The notes: generated by a model from the sequence alone, not told the origin. A stretch of DNA of 63,047 nt, filler included, from Reclinomonas americana ATCC 50394 (GCA_048213135.1; 7 parts of 6 records of this genome joined end to end with filler, not necessarily neighbours in it), one strand, 5' to 3'; counted from the first letter of the whole stretch, positions 23,669 to 37,456 are shown. Made by a program: numbers and translations.

Positions 23669-26600
23669 GCCACCAGCGTGTGAGCAACGGTCGTGCACGC
23701 TCCATCTCACGGTGTGAGTGTTGCGGGGCGCAGTGCGCAAGGCGACGTGACGGCCGACGTCACAATCACGGTGGCAGTCTCTGGCTTCTATCGGATGATC
23801 TACACCATGGATGGTCTTGTGGTCAACGGTCACCAGTTTCAGATTGTCAACAATCAGCCGCAACAGTCGCAGGTTGGATTTGGTGTTTCATCTCGTTCCC
23901 ACACGGGTGAGTGAGTGTGGTAAGACTCACCTGTTGGGATACCGCAGGTGTGCGCCGCGGTGAACATTATCTCTTCGGTGCCGTCACGAGTCAGCATCGA
24001 CGCGCTGTTTCCCGAACCATTGGCTGTGCAGGTGCGGGCGGGCTCCGGTGGCATAATGTGATGTATATGCGCGTGGAACTCACAAATGACACTGTAGGTG
24101 GTGAATTCGCAAGGCGCGCCAATCCCCGGCATCGGAGTCGCTCCATTGTTGTGGGATGCTTTTCAGGCTTCGATTGGCATCAATTTTCAGATTCCATGGT
24201 CGCAGTTCCTGAACCCCAACTTTGGCGGATTGCCTGCCAATGCCACTGGCATAGCCATGCTGACGAATCTCAGTATCGTGAACGGTTGGCACGACGCGTG
24301 AAGAGTTTGCTGCCGATACAAACAGTCGCTGACATTTTCTTTCCTCGATGTGTAGCATACTCGAATACTGTCGGCTTGCTTGTCGCTGCTGCCCTCCAGG
24401 GCAGTTCGAGCACAGAATGCTTGTCTGACATGACCGTCATGCCACTGATCGGCATTGACGACGCTGGTGTGTTGGAGCATTCGTTGTTCATCTCCGTGCG
24501 CAACTGTCACTCATCGTTCCCTCCATGCAGTCACCTCCTTCTCCGTGGCGACGCCACCGGTTTGTGGGCAGGCTGGCGACTTGCTTTCTGTGCAGCCCAA
24601 GATCTGTTTACAAGGCCCCAAGGGTCCGCTTGTCGGGCGACAAGTGCAAGTCGCCATCTCGACGGGGCAAGTGGGCAGTCTCAGTAACGTCCCAAGCGAG
24701 TGGCTGGATTACCTTTTCTACAGTAGCACGGTGGGTGCAGACATTCTGCTTCTCTTGTTGTCGTCGTCGCTTTGTGTTGTTGACGCCATTCTTGTGCACT
24801 ACAGGCCGCCATCTGGGGCAGTCACTTTTTACTCGGCTACTCCACCACGACGCCAGCCATTGTGCGTCTCGTCGCTTTTCCGTTCCCTGCTGTGATTCCA
24901 TTGTGGCTCATTCGACTCTTGTATGTGTCCAGTTGTATGGCTCCTACAACTTTTCGTTTGTACCAGTCTTCACCTCTCCACAACTGACAGATTCAACTGG
25001 TGCGAAGCTGTTCACTGCGCTCTCCAAACATGCTGTGCTGACAGAAGTTCGCAGGGTGCACAACGATGCAGCTGGGCGTGCGCAACGGTTTCTACCAGGA
25101 CTTGCCCATGCTCGTTGCGTGTGATGCTCTGAAGAGTGTGTCCTCGTACCGGCAGTTCACGCACTGAACGGTGGCTCCTTTGTGCGCAGTCCGTGTCTGG
25201 CGGTCGCATCGGTGGCTTCTTCACCATTCCCGAATGCCCCAATCCAGGTACCGTTGCCCGCCACCCGCACCGTCCTTTGTAGGTCTCTGAGCTCACATTC
25301 CGCTGTCGCAGTAACGAGTCTCGTGTACGTGGCACAGCCGGGCACCGGTGGTCCCAACGCCGAAGTCAATGTCGGTACTGTGTTACCGAATCAGCCCGTG
25401 GTGCGGGCAGTGATTGATCCCACACTCGGTCGTGCGGACAATATACCGTTGCGCAAACGAATCGCGTCTCTTCGTCTTCACACGCTCACTATGCGTCCTT
25501 TCCTCCACAGTGTATTTGTGCTGTACAACAATTCGACATTCACCGCCGAAACCTACGCCATGACGGACACCACTGGCACTGCTACATTTTCAGGTGTGGT
25601 GTTAAAATGTGCACTTGTTGCCGACAGGCCTGTCTCATACCGGAATGTGCAGGAATCGAGTTTGCCGGCGGCCTCACCGGGAACTACAGCCTACAATTCT
25701 TGATACCGTACGCCAACAACTTGATCTTGTCGCCGCTGTCTCAGCCGGTGCAAGTGTACAATCCACTGCAACAGCTGGCCGTGTCGTGGACTGCGCCCGA
25801 GTTCATCAGCTCTGGCTTCCCACTGCCATCGGCATTCCAGCCCTCCGTTCGCCTTGTGGTTCGATGCAAACTGTTCCCTTGCCGTTACTTGTCCTCGTAC
25901 TCATCATCTCCGCTCTGTTGTTTGTCGCACAGTTCGACAACACGCCGACTCCATTCCCAGCAGTGACGGTGACGGCTTCCATTGTTACTCCGGTCGGCAT
26001 CACGTCCCCGGCGACGCTCTCCAACAATGTGGTCAACACGAACACCATGGGCGTGGCGCAGTTCACCGATCTCACAATCAACGGTCCGCCAGGTCGCTAC
26101 CAGCTGCAGTTCACTGCCTACGGCATCAACAGGCGAGTGCTCGCCGATAATCGTTCCGTGTTTTTTGCCACTGCGCTGACTGACATTCGTCTTTCGCGCA
26201 GCGTGCCGAGTCCGACAGTGACAGTGGCGCTGGAACCAAATTCACTGACGGTTGTGAGCCAGCCGACGTCACTTGTCATCGGCCAGCCGACAAGTTCGAG
26301 CATTTGCATCCAGGCCACGGTCACTCTCCAGTATGGATTTGAGACGGGCACAATGCCAGTTGGCAACACTGGCATCTTTCTGTCGATTGCTGGTGTGTCG
26401 CCGTCGCCGGTGGCCACCGCTGGTCAGCCGGAAGTCGGCGATGCACAACAGTTCACCTCTGCCAGCACCGGTCAGGTGTGCTACAGTGGCGTGATTCTGC
26501 CGTGGGGCAATGCAGGTGAGAGCTGCGACAAGCATGATTGTTGTGAGCACTCCCTGTTGCCGACACGCCTCCTCGCAGGCGTGTACAACATCACGGCACA

Positions 26601-29600
26601 GACACCAAGTGGCGACGTGTCCGTCCAACTGCAGCCGATTCAAGTGACCAATCCTGTGGACAAGGTGGTTCTCGTGTCTACTCCTGCCTACATTACTCTC
26701 GGCGCGCCGTTCTCGGTGACAGCTCAGGCCCTCGACGTCAATGGTTACAGTGGGGTGGAAAGGGGAGCGATTGTTGACTTGTGCACACGCCTGACTTGAA
26801 ACATAACACAGGCATGCCGATTCCGGACGTCCTGTGCGTGGTGGCCGTGCCAAATTCTGTTTACACGCTACAAAATGTGCGTCCGTCGCCGTTGTTGTGT
26901 TGTTGTTGTTGTTGTTGTTGTTGTCGTGTAAGCTCACTTGGATCCGTCGAGCAGGTGGCGTCGATCAGCAACGGTCAGGGTATGGCTGTGTCTTCGGGCA
27001 CCGCCGTGACCATCGGGCCGTCAGCCACCAACTTCCAGTTGCTGGTTCGTGTTTGTGTTTGTTGCCGTGTGGTTGCTGCTGCTTTTGAGAATCATGTTCT
27101 TCGGTTGCAGGTGTTCTGTGAGGGAAGACCGTCACCTCTCTCCGGCAACATCTTGTTCGACAATCCCACGCAAGCCAGTGCGGCTGGAATTGCAAACTGG
27201 CAGGTGTGACACACTTTGTGCAACACTCATTTGGTCTCATTCGCTAAACGACATCGACGACCACACAACACAGTCCAAGTTGTACATTCTCGGAGCAGTC
27301 AGCTTGCCGATCCTGTGGAGCACCACCGGTGAGCATCATTGCCGCACACCTTCTCGTTCTCTCTCGCTGCAGACTCACTCTTCTTGTGCACGATTACAGC
27401 TTGGACTGCACGCGTGTCATTTTTCGTCGGCTTCATTGGCGTCCTCGGTTTCGCGGCTTTCGTCATGTTTTACCTGGTGGCCTGGGCCAACTACAACACC
27501 ATGGTCAGTGACTGGAAGAAGAAAGCACGTTCGACAAAGTCCTTTTATTTAGTGTGTGNNNNNNNNNNNNNNNNNNNNNNNNNNNNNNNNNNNNNNNNNN
27601 NNNNNNNNNNNNNNNNNNNNNNNNNNNNNNNNNNNNNNNNNNNNNNNNNNNNNNNNNNNNNNNNNNNNNNNNNNNNNNNNNNNNNNNNNNNNNNNNNNNN
27701 NNNNNNNNNNNNNNNNNNNNNNNNNNNNNNNNNNNNNNNNNNNNNNNNNNNNNNNNNNNNNNNNNNNNNNNNNNNNNNNNNNNNNNNNNNNNNNNNNNNN
27801 NNNNNNNNNNNNNNNNNNNNNNNNNNNNNNNNNNNNNNNNNNNNNNNNNNNNNNNNNNNNNNNNNNNNNNNNNNNNNNNNNNNNNNNNNNNNNNNNNNNN
27901 NNNNNNNNNNNNNNNNNNNNNNNNNNNNNNNNNNNNNNNNNNNNNNNNNNNNNNNNNNNNNNNNNNNNNNNNNNNNNNNNNNNNNNNNNNNNNNNNNNNN
28001 NNNNNNNNNNNNNNNNNNNNNNNNNNNNNNNNNNNNNNNNNNNNNNNNNNNNNNNNNNNNNNNNNNNNNNNNNNNNNNNNNNNNNNNNNNNNNNNNNNNN
28101 NNNNNNNNNNNNNNNNNNNNNNNNNNNNNNNNNNNNNNNNNNNNNNNNNNNNNNNNNNNNNNNNNNNNNNNNNNNNNNNNNNNNNNNNNNNNNNNNNNNN
28201 NNNNNNNNNNNNNNNNNNNNNNNNNNNNNNNNNNNNNNNNNNNNNNNNNNNNNNNNNNNNNNNNNNNNNNNNNNNNNNNNNNNNNNNNNNNNNNNNNNNN
28301 NNNNNNNNNNNNNNNNNNNNNNNNNNNNTGCCGTCATGGTCGCAGGTGTTTTCGTCGCCTGACCAGTACCAGGGTGCACTGACGGTCATGGTAGTTTTCA
28401 TCGCACTGTTGACTGTGGCCACCATGATTGTCGAGTTGGTCATGGTGTTCTTCCGACGCGCACGCAACTGGGAGGTTTGTAGCGGTGGCATTGTCGCGCG
28501 TTGTGGGTGGCTGAGAAACTAACAGTTTGTGCGTGTGCCACGCACAGTTCTGGCGATGGCGAGAGAATGAGTACAGGGCGCTGGTGCGTCGGCTCTTGAT
28601 GCACGAGATTCAGCAGGACGTGCTTGCCGGAGACGATTCGTGGTTCCACCCAGTTGTGTTTGAGAAGAAAGAGAGGATGTTTGTGTTCTCGTAGCTGACA
28701 CGCCTTTGGCCAAACAGCCGACACCTGAGCGACCTCCACGGTCGTGCTGTCTGCGATGCATTCACGGTTTTGTCGGATGTTTGCGCAAGTGTTGCGTCGC
28801 CTTTCTTGCGCACCATTGTCGACGTGGTTGCACAGCCGCTAACTGTGGGGGTGCGTGCGATTGCAGTGTTCACTAGCAAGCCGACGAACCATCAACGTCG
28901 ATACGAACAACGCGGTTTCTTCTATCCCATCCGTCTGCTCATCATGGTGGCTCTCGGTTTGGTGGTACAGTACGTCTTGTTCGTGGGCGTCGGCCTGCTT
29001 CACGCCTACGTGATCCAGCTGACCACACAAGCCAAGTCCGCTGCGCTGCTGCAAAGTGGCAACGATGCAGTTGCGTGCGATGTGATTTGTGTGCATTATT
29101 GGCAAGCTGTGTGCGTTCCTAACTGCGCATTTGCACAGACGAGTTGTGTTTGTGTGTGTATGTGGTCCAGCTAAGCATGTCTTGAATGCGCTCACCTGTG
29201 CCTTGCGTGTCTTTGCATACACAGCGGCCGTCACCTCATACCAAAAGTATCTTGTCGAGCGAGCGCAACAGTACAGCGGACTCGGTGCACAGAGTCTGTC
29301 CTCGTTCGTGAGCAACCACCTTTTGACGTCGGCGCAGATTCAGGAGGTGTGTGTGTGTTCTACTCTAGTTTTTCCATGTGCTCCTGTGGATATTGACGTT
29401 GGTAACAGCTGCACGGCGCCGTCACCTCTGCGGTCCAAGTCGCCGGCAATGCGCTGTACAGTGCCATTTACGGCTCCGATCAAGGTGAGACTGCCGAGTG
29501 GCATTGTCGTCGAGTTTGGTTCGTGTGTGGCACTGAATGTGTCGATGCAGGGCACACTGCGTGGAGCCAGCCTCTCATTAAGTCGGTGTACATTGGTGCC

Positions 29601-31333
29601 GCCCTCGCGCTCTTCTCAACCACAGCCAGCCTGCTGACACTATTCCCGAGTTTCCGCAAAGCCGTTGCGTCTGTCCTCCACTCTTCCCCTTTACTGGCGC
29701 CTGCGCTCAACTTTCTGCATGTGGGGCTCGTCAGATTATGCGACTGCGGCAGGGCGAAGCGGAGCCAAACATTCGCAATTCTGGTCATCCGCCTGTCGTC
29801 ATGTACATTCCAGTGCAAGTATGGTACGCCGACCTGCAACTATGGCGCGTAGGGGAGATCTCTCTTTGTTATGTGCTGATGGTTTCTCTGGTGTCTTTGT
29901 GCACCACGCGCAGGGCGGTGGCGTTTGGCTTTGCCCAATTCACGCTTGTCTTTGCGGCGTTCTTCTTCGTCTGGCTGTGGGCTCCGTCACGCAACTTTAT
30001 TGTCAACAAGATCATTCGCATCCTGATTGCCCTGGCCGGTGTCGGTGCGTGATTCTGCGAGTCGCCGTGATCGTTCACACCATACTTGTAACTGACTGTG
30101 TTGTTGCGCAGAATTCGCCCTCCGCATTCTGTACTTTGTGTGAGTAGCTATTACCAAGTAATCATTCGTCCATTTTTAATGACTTATTCCGTGTGCGATG
30201 CGTGCAGCCTGGCATTATGCGTACGTCTTTGCCGGTTGTGCCAATTACCATGTGTTGTGTTGTGTAGCTAACGTGGGCGGTGCGCACAGGTGCTGACGAG
30301 ACACCACGACATTGTGCATCATCGGTGGTTCCTGCTGTTCGACACCGTCTACAGCTTTGTGTCCTTGTGCGTCAGCTCACCTCTCTCTCTCCCGTCGTTG
30401 CATTTTGGTGACTCAAGCACACCACTGCGTGCAGCGTCCCTGGTCTCGGTTTCTCCATCCTGCGACTCGTCTTCAATCTGCTGTGGTCCGTGGTGCTCTA
30501 CGTGAGAAGTTGAGTGACGCATAAAGTGTCAGTTATTGTCTTCGCCCAGTCTTGCTGATTCTGGTGGTGTTGCCTCCAACAGTGGACATTCCGACCTCGG
30601 TATATCGCATCGGCTTTGATAGAGGCCACTCGGGTTGGTGTGCCATGGTCAAGACGGCATAGTTGCGTGCGGTGATTGTGTGAGAGAAATGCCGATGAGC
30701 TGCGACGAGACTCACGTCTGGTGCGAAACAGTGTCTTCAATCATCCGGTGGTGGTCACCTTCTGCAACTTGCTGATGGAGGGCGTTCTCGAAGACCGCAT
30801 ATACCGCAAGCGTGCGTAACACACCGTCTGCAGTGCTCCAGTTCTTGTCGTCCCTAGCTGACCCGCCTTGGTGTGTAGGCAACAACCCGGAGTACATCAA
30901 ACCAACAATACTGTACAAGTCACGGCCAATCAACTTGAAGGAGGACGCCGGCTTCCGCGAAGTAGAGATGGCGATTGAGACGCGTCGGCGTGCGCTCGCT
31001 CGGCGACAGCGCATTCTCAATCGGTGGTTCCTGGCAGTGACCTTGGCGCGCAACCCGCAGCTGGTCGAGTTCCGCAGTTGGCGACTGGCGGAGAAGCGTG
31101 AGGCCGAACAGGCACGCACAGCAGCGGCCAAGGTTGAGGCAGAACGCAGACGGCAAGCGTACGAGGCGTTCCACTATGATGTAGCCGCCCGTCGACGGCT
31201 GGAACAACGGCCGGAAAAGGTGCTGGCGATGTGGGACCCGGCCCAGGGACGGCTCGGCATCCCGCTGTTGCCGGTGAACGAGGGTGGGCGAGGCGGGTAC
31301 GATGATGATGGGTTGCAGAGGCGCGGCCATTAG
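23669..31333 (+). CDS. Giant membrane protein: tandem Ig-like repeats followed by a STRA6/RBP-receptor-like multi-pass domain (5' partial, internal gap)
   Basis: Repeats such as TNTMGVAQFTDLTINGPPGRYQLQF and QPVVRAV; C-terminal GFFYPIRLL, FRKAIMRLRQG, YIPVQVW, FDRGHSGWCAMVKTAYVFNHPVVVTFCNLL, RILNRWFLAVTLARNPQLVEFR. Confidence 0.7.
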
Positions 31334-31489
31334 TTGTGAAAGGTGCATACGTTGTTTAAATGAGAATGAAATGCTGTTGTTTTCCGACCCGCATTCTATC
31401 TCTCTTCAGCACTGTTGGAAGACGATGTATGATACATGTCCACGGCAATACACAATTCCAAACAGCACATTACATATTACTCCTCCGCA

Positions 31490-33710
31490 TCACTCTACAT
31501 GTTCGTGGTGACGACGACGTCGACGACAGCAACTCCACAACGACTGCAGTCGTGCTCGTATCCGCTCTCGCAGTGGTGACGACCGTGGATCGCGCGTGAC
31601 AGCGTTGAAAACGGCACCAAACAGGAGCGCAAACAAGGTGAATGCCATCAAAATGACATTGAACGGCATGGTCTGGTCCGGATACGGAATCATGACAATG
31701 AGGGGTGGGGTGAACATCGTCTCCTCTTCGTCGCCGACGCGAACATGTACCACTGCGTCCGGCAACTGCACGCCACGTGAGGCATCTGGCGGGTACTCCT
31801 CGATGGTGCGCATGTGCGCCGTGTATGGCATGGTAAGCGTGAGGCGCGCGCCACCAGGCGGAACTTGTACCGTCAGTAACTGCACGGAGACGTCGGTGCG
31901 CGACGAGCGAGCAGATGGCCGCCCGTCTGCTCGCGTGGGAGCGCTGACCAGTATTCTGGCGTCTTGGTCGCGCGCCGCGTGGTCGGCCAGTCGATGTCGG
32001 AACATGTGCGATCGCACGACTGGCACGGAACACGTGGCGGTAAGAATCAGAAGGAGAAAACACAGAAAACACCGGCTGTGCATACCCGACGACCACGGCA
32101 CCCGTGCACCGTCGAGAATGGCTCCAAACTGATGCGGCAGCAGAAGCAGTGATCGGGGAAACAGTTGCAGCAGATCGACAGCGACAGGCTCGTCGGCGTG
32201 GCGATTGGAGAGCGACACCTGAATAACGCCCTCGGCGAGAGATGCGCTGGAGACCGTGCGAAACACATCGAGAGGAGTGACTGTATCATCAAGCCAATCA
32301 GCAAACAAAACAGACAACACGGTGCACGGGGAGCAGTGGCAACAACCCGAGCGCACCATGCATCTCCACACGCGGCCATTTCTCTGACGCGCCGGACGCG
32401 GGCGAGAATGACAGGCGCACCGTACGTCCCTGCTCCGCTGTGAAGCGATGCACCACCTCGCTGCCACTGTCGCTCGCCACACCCACATCGTCGGTGGCGC
32501 TGAGTACTTGCCACGAGGATGGTCGCGGTACGCGGACTTCGAGTGCGGCTGTCGTCACGGCCACGCACGGACTAAAGACGAGATCGTCACCGCACGCCAA
32601 CAGCTGGTCCATGGCAACCACACCACTGCGCAGCGTCTGAGCGCCAACTTGGCGAACGGAGGCCAGACGGTGGGTGATATGCGCCTCGCCGCTCTCGTCG
32701 ACGCGGAAGTGCGCGCTAATGGAGTGATGGTCGGTCTCCAAGAACAGAATCGGGCACGTGAGCAGACGAGAGAAGCCACCCTGCACGTACAGTTGGTCAT
32801 CGACAACCTCGCAGACGCACAAAGCCGCGAGTGATACCTTGCCACGACACGGATGGAGACGGCGCAAGGCACTGAGATTCTCCGTGCACAGCGATTCGTC
32901 GGGAAGCAATCCGTAGCGCCAGAACGGCGACGCCAGATCCACGGCCGGCACGGCATCGCTCAAGCGCATGCGCGACTGCTGCGTGCCCTCGAAATCCCAC
33001 GACGACAGCACCGACCCTGCATCTCCGTGAGCGGTGGATGGAGTCCAAGAATGACGAGCGACGAGCCACGATACCAGAGTAAAACGTCGGCCGCGTCAAG
33101 TCCAAGTGCTCAAACGCCACATTGTACAGCGGCGACAGCATGTGCACCAGCTGTTTCCACAGCAGCTCGACTTGCCTGCGGGGGAGACATGTGAGTACGG
33201 TTATCTTGCGCGCTCTCTCTCTCTCGTTGCATACCCTGCACTCGCACTCGACTCATCAAAGGCGACCAACAGCTGCGCGCCCGACGGAAGCGCCACCTCA
33301 TCACTGCCCCACTCATCCGTATGCCACCGCCCACGTGACAACGAGAAGAACAACTGCGTGACACACAGTGAGACACTCACAAGAGATAGAGAGACAACGA
33401 GAATGCATGCACACACACACCTCCTTCACATGACTCGCACGCAGCACGTGTGCCAGCGCGCGAGGAAACAGCTCAAACTCATCCTCCGGCACTGCACACA
33501 CACACATGAGCACGCACACACACACACGCAGCCAGACACACACAACAACTCACACTGTGAAGCGCGCACAGTGATCTCATGCGCAACCAGCAGCGCGCCC
33601 ACGCGTTTCAAAGGCCGCACTTGCACACGCTCACTCACACTCTCATCGCACAGCACCACACTGCTCACTAAGCAAACAACGAGGAGGAAGAGGAGGAGAA
33701 CTCTGCGCAT
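31490..33710 (-). CDS. PIGT: GPI transamidase subunit PIG-T/Gpi16
   Basis: Signal peptide; FELFPRAL, LSRGRW, PSGAQL, YGLLPDESLCTENL...LHPCRGKGG, IEEYPPDASRG, PDQTMPFNVI; C-terminal TM helix. Confidence 0.92.
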
Positions 33711-34440
33711 AGTGTGATTGAGAGACAAAACGAAATTGTCTTTGTTTGTGTTGCACTTTCNNNNNNNNNNNNNNNNNNNNNNNNNNNNNNNNNNNNNNNN
33801 NNNNNNNNNNNNNNNNNNNNNNNNNNNNNNNNNNNNNNNNNNNNNNNNNNNNNNNNNNNNNNNNNNNNNNNNNNNNNNNNNNNNNNNNNNNNNNNNNNNN
33901 NNNNNNNNNNNNNNNNNNNNNNNNNNNNNNNNNNNNNNNNNNNNNNNNNNNNNNNNNNNNNNNNNNNNNNNNNNNNNNNNNNNNNNNNNNNNNNNNNNNN
34001 NNNNNNNNNNNNNNNNNNNNNNNNNNNNNNNNNNNNNNNNNNNNNNNNNNNNNNNNNNNNNNNNNNNNNNNNNNNNNNNNNNNNNNNNNNNNNNNNNNNN
34101 NNNNNNNNNNNNNNNNNNNNNNNNNNNNNNNNNNNNNNNNNNNNNNNNNNNNNNNNNNNNNNNNNNNNNNNNNNNNNNNNNNNNNNNNNNNNNNNNNNNN
34201 NNNNNNNNNNNNNNNNNNNNNNNNNNNNNNNNNNNNNNNNNNNNNNNNNNNNNNNNNNNNNNNNNNNNNNNNNNNNNNNNNNNNNNNNNNNNNNNNNNNN
34301 NNNNNNNNNNNNNNNNNNNNNNNNNNNNNNNNNNNNNNNNNNNNNNNNNNNNNNNNNNNNNNNNNNNNNNNNNNNNNNNNNNNNNNNNNNNNNNNNNNNN
34401 NNNNNNNNNNNNNNNATCACGCGCGCGCGCTCTCCGTCGC

Positions 34441-34731
34441 ATGTCAGGAGGTCCGTGTGTGTGTGCATGAGTGTGTGTGTGTTAGAGGGTGTGTGACTCA
34501 CTAGTGTGTGTGTGTGCAGAGGGCGACGGGAGCGAGTCTCCTCCGCTCACCCCGCCCACTGCGAGTGGCAGTGTGCCCAACTCGCCCGGAGGCTCTCTCG
34601 ACTCGGCGCGTGTCGCTGCGCAAGTGCAACAGCTGTCGCCGGCGGATGCGCGCGCGCGTCTGGCCGTCTACTCGGTCGAGTATGCGCGACTCAAGAGTCA
34701 GATGGCCGTCCTCAAGAAGGCCGTCCTCAAA
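34441..34731 (+). CDS. PPP1R21: PPP1R21-like (KLRAQ domain) protein, 5' fragment cut by the scaffold end
   Basis: RLAVYSVEYARLKSQMAVLKKAVLK resembles the KLRAQ motif (EYSKLRAQNQVLKK). Confidence 0.65.
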
Positions 34732-34757
34732 GTGCGCACGTGTGTGTGTGTGTGTGT

Positions 34758-34857
34758 NNNNNNNNNNNNNNNNNNNNNNNNNNNNNNNNNNNNNNNNNNN
34801 NTTAATTAATTAANNNNNNNNNNNNNNNNNNNNNNNNNNNNNNNNNNNNNNNNNNNN
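34758..34857. other. Artificial scaffold spacer
   Basis: N44-TTAATTAATTAA-N44. Confidence 0.97.
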
Positions 34858-34997
34858 GTAGATGTGGAGAGAGAAGAGAGAGGCGCAGGGAGAGAGTGTG
34901 TGTGTGTGTGCGAGAGAGCAAGAAGAGAGAAGAAGGAGAGGAGAGTTGCATTTCCTCTCACTTGTTCTCTCATCAAAGTGCACGAAAGTCTCCCTTT

Positions 34998-35013
34998 TCT
35001 CTCTCTCTATCTC

Positions 35014-35050
<37 letters not shown>
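34998..35050. repeat. Imperfect (CT)n microsatellite
   Basis: Visible CT dinucleotide run with a few interruptions. Confidence 0.85.
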
Positions 35051-35052
<2 letters not shown>

Positions 35053-35316
35053 CAGCACACACACTCTGCTTGTCTCTCTTTGTCTGTGTCTCACTCACCG
35101 CCTGTTGCGCGCGAAATGATCCACCAGCAACCAAACTGGTGCTGCGCTTCACCAACGTTGTCGAGTACATGTTACACACAAGGAAGAACAGCTCACGCAC
35201 ACTTACACAGGAGACAAGGAAAGAGTGCACGCTCACGAGTGTCTGTAAAAGAAATTTTGGCGCGAACTCCGCGTCAACTCCGTCTCCTTCTTTTTTAGTC
35301 ACGCGTGTGTCTCAGC

Positions 35317-37073
35317 ATGCGGCCACTTGCACTGGCTCTCTACATTCACTGGCCGTGGTGTCATCGCATATGCCCGTACTGCGACTTTGTCAAGTTCTAT
35401 ACGCACAATCGCCTCTTTGTGGGCGCACATGCAGAGATTCTGATATTCGCTTTCCAGGTATCGATGGCGATCCGAGGTGCACGGATCGGTTGACTATGTG
35501 CAGCGCATGACGAGGTAAGGCGAGCGATCGATGTGTGAGCGATTTTCTCAGAGCATTGATCGCGTGTCAGATCGATCATGCGAGCGATCGATGCGATGCG
35601 ACCTGCGGCAGACAACTCGACGTCGCTCTGGTCGATCCATTTCGGTGGAGGAACGCCCTCGTTAGCACCAGTGCGTTGCATCACCACTGCTGTTGCCCTT
35701 TCCGATCGGTTTGTTGATTGGCGGCGCAGTCGTGGGCGGTGCGAGCGATTGTCGAGCACGCCAAGGCAGTGCTCGGTGCGCCGATCAGTGGAGAGGTGGG
35801 ACTGGAGGCGAACCCGACCGAGTCGCTGCTGTCGGTGGAGTACATGGATGCGTTGCGAGAGGCGGGCGTGACGCGCTTGTCGTTGGGTGTGCAGTCGTTT
35901 GTCGATGAGCGGCTGCGCGTGCTGGGGCGCGATCACAGCGGCGAGGTTTGCTCTCGGGGAACTCGCCGTTGTGTGTATGATGCTCATGTGGCTGTGGCAG
36001 GAGGCGCTGCGGACGGTGCGTGCGGCAATGGAGCGCTTTCCGCACGTGTCACTCGACTTGATGTATGGGTTGCCGTCGCAGTCCACTGCGCAGTGGGAGA
36101 GCGAATTGGAGGTCAATCCCCACCCGACTCTATCAGTGTGCATTCACTCACAGTGGTTGTGGTGGTGAGACAGGAGGCGCTGCAGATGTGCAACGTTCGA
36201 CACGTGTCGCTGTACCAGCTCACGCTGGAGAAGAGAACGGCGTTGCGTGTTGATGAGTGTCAGCTGTTTTTTGCATGCCACTTATGTGCTCGTGCAGGTT
36301 TGCTCGCCTGCACGGCGCCGGCAAGCTGCAGGTGCCCGACGAAGACGAGTGTGCTGAGCAGTTTGACGCGGCAGTGGCAGTGGCGCGACGACACGGACTG
36401 CACCAGTATGAGGTAGTGTGCACGAGTGAGCAATGTTGCCTCGCCGACTCGCTCACACCACGTGCATGCAGATCAGCAACTTTGCGGCCTCGGAGACGGA
36501 CGAGTCGCGGCATAATTCACACTACTGGCACGGTGGCAGCTACATTGGCGTGGGGCCTGGGTTGCGTGAGAGCTCACCATGCTTCGACTTTGACTTGTGC
36601 AAGACAACTCACCACTGTTGTGATGCCTGCGCAGCGCCCACTCGCGCCTCCCATCGGCCGACGGGCAGCACCACTGGGCCACGGTGCAGATACTAGTTGC
36701 GTGCAGTCTGGTGCACGCTGGTGACGTCCCATCGTGCCTCACGACTTGTCGGCAGGATCCCGAGACATGGATGCAGCAGGTGGAGGCCGGGAACGACGGG
36801 TGCGTCCGACGCGATCCACTCACACATCGCCAGCGCGCCGAAGAGTACGTTCTCACTGCGGTGCGAACGCGACGCGGAGTGCACTGGAGCACGGTGCAGG
36901 AGCTGCTGCCGGCCGCCACGAGCGATCTGGTGAACATGGACATGCTGCACCATCTGGCTCACGAAGCCGGCCTCGTGCTGCTCCACGCACATGGTTTCAC
37001 GCTCACGCCAGCTGGCCTCCGCGTGGCCGATACCATTGCCACGCAGCTGCTGTTGCCACCAAGTGCAAGGTGA
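35317..37073 (+). CDS. RSAD1: HemW/RSAD1 radical-SAM heme chaperone (HemN-like)
   Basis: LYIHWPWCHRICPYCDF (CxxxCxxC), SIHFGGGTPSL, LEANP, RLSLGVQSF, DLMYGLP, HVSLYQLT, YEISNFA, SRHNSHYW, YIGVGPGAHSR. Confidence 0.93.
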
Positions 37074-37456
37074 AATATCCATGACCAGCTGCAGATATCG
37101 ACGATCGCGAGGGTCTCGAGCTCGATCCGGACCCACCATGTGACAGGGCGATCTGAGTCGCACAATCCAGCAACGCGACAATATGAGTGGGCACTTGAGC
37201 GCTCACGGAAACGGCGCGCACTGCATCAGTTGCGCAATGAAATCGAAACCGACGACGTTCAAGGCTTTCTCCTTCTCGCACCTGCACCTATGGCTGCATA
37301 TGCGCTCCCACTCATATATGTGCGGCACCGCATATTAGAAAACCACGAAGGATGCGACGTTGCGGGTGTCATGCAAGGGGTCAACCCCGTGCGCGTCCTC
37401 AACTCCGTCCGTTTGCTGTTGTCTTTGTTTGTGTGTGTGTGGTCGAGAGCGCGCGA

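Noticed and set aside
30655..30668. Apparent in-frame TAG suggesting stop-codon recoding
   Set aside because: It is resolved by the intron TA|GTTGCGT...CAG|T, which gives TAT. TAA, TAG and TGA all end genes normally in this window.
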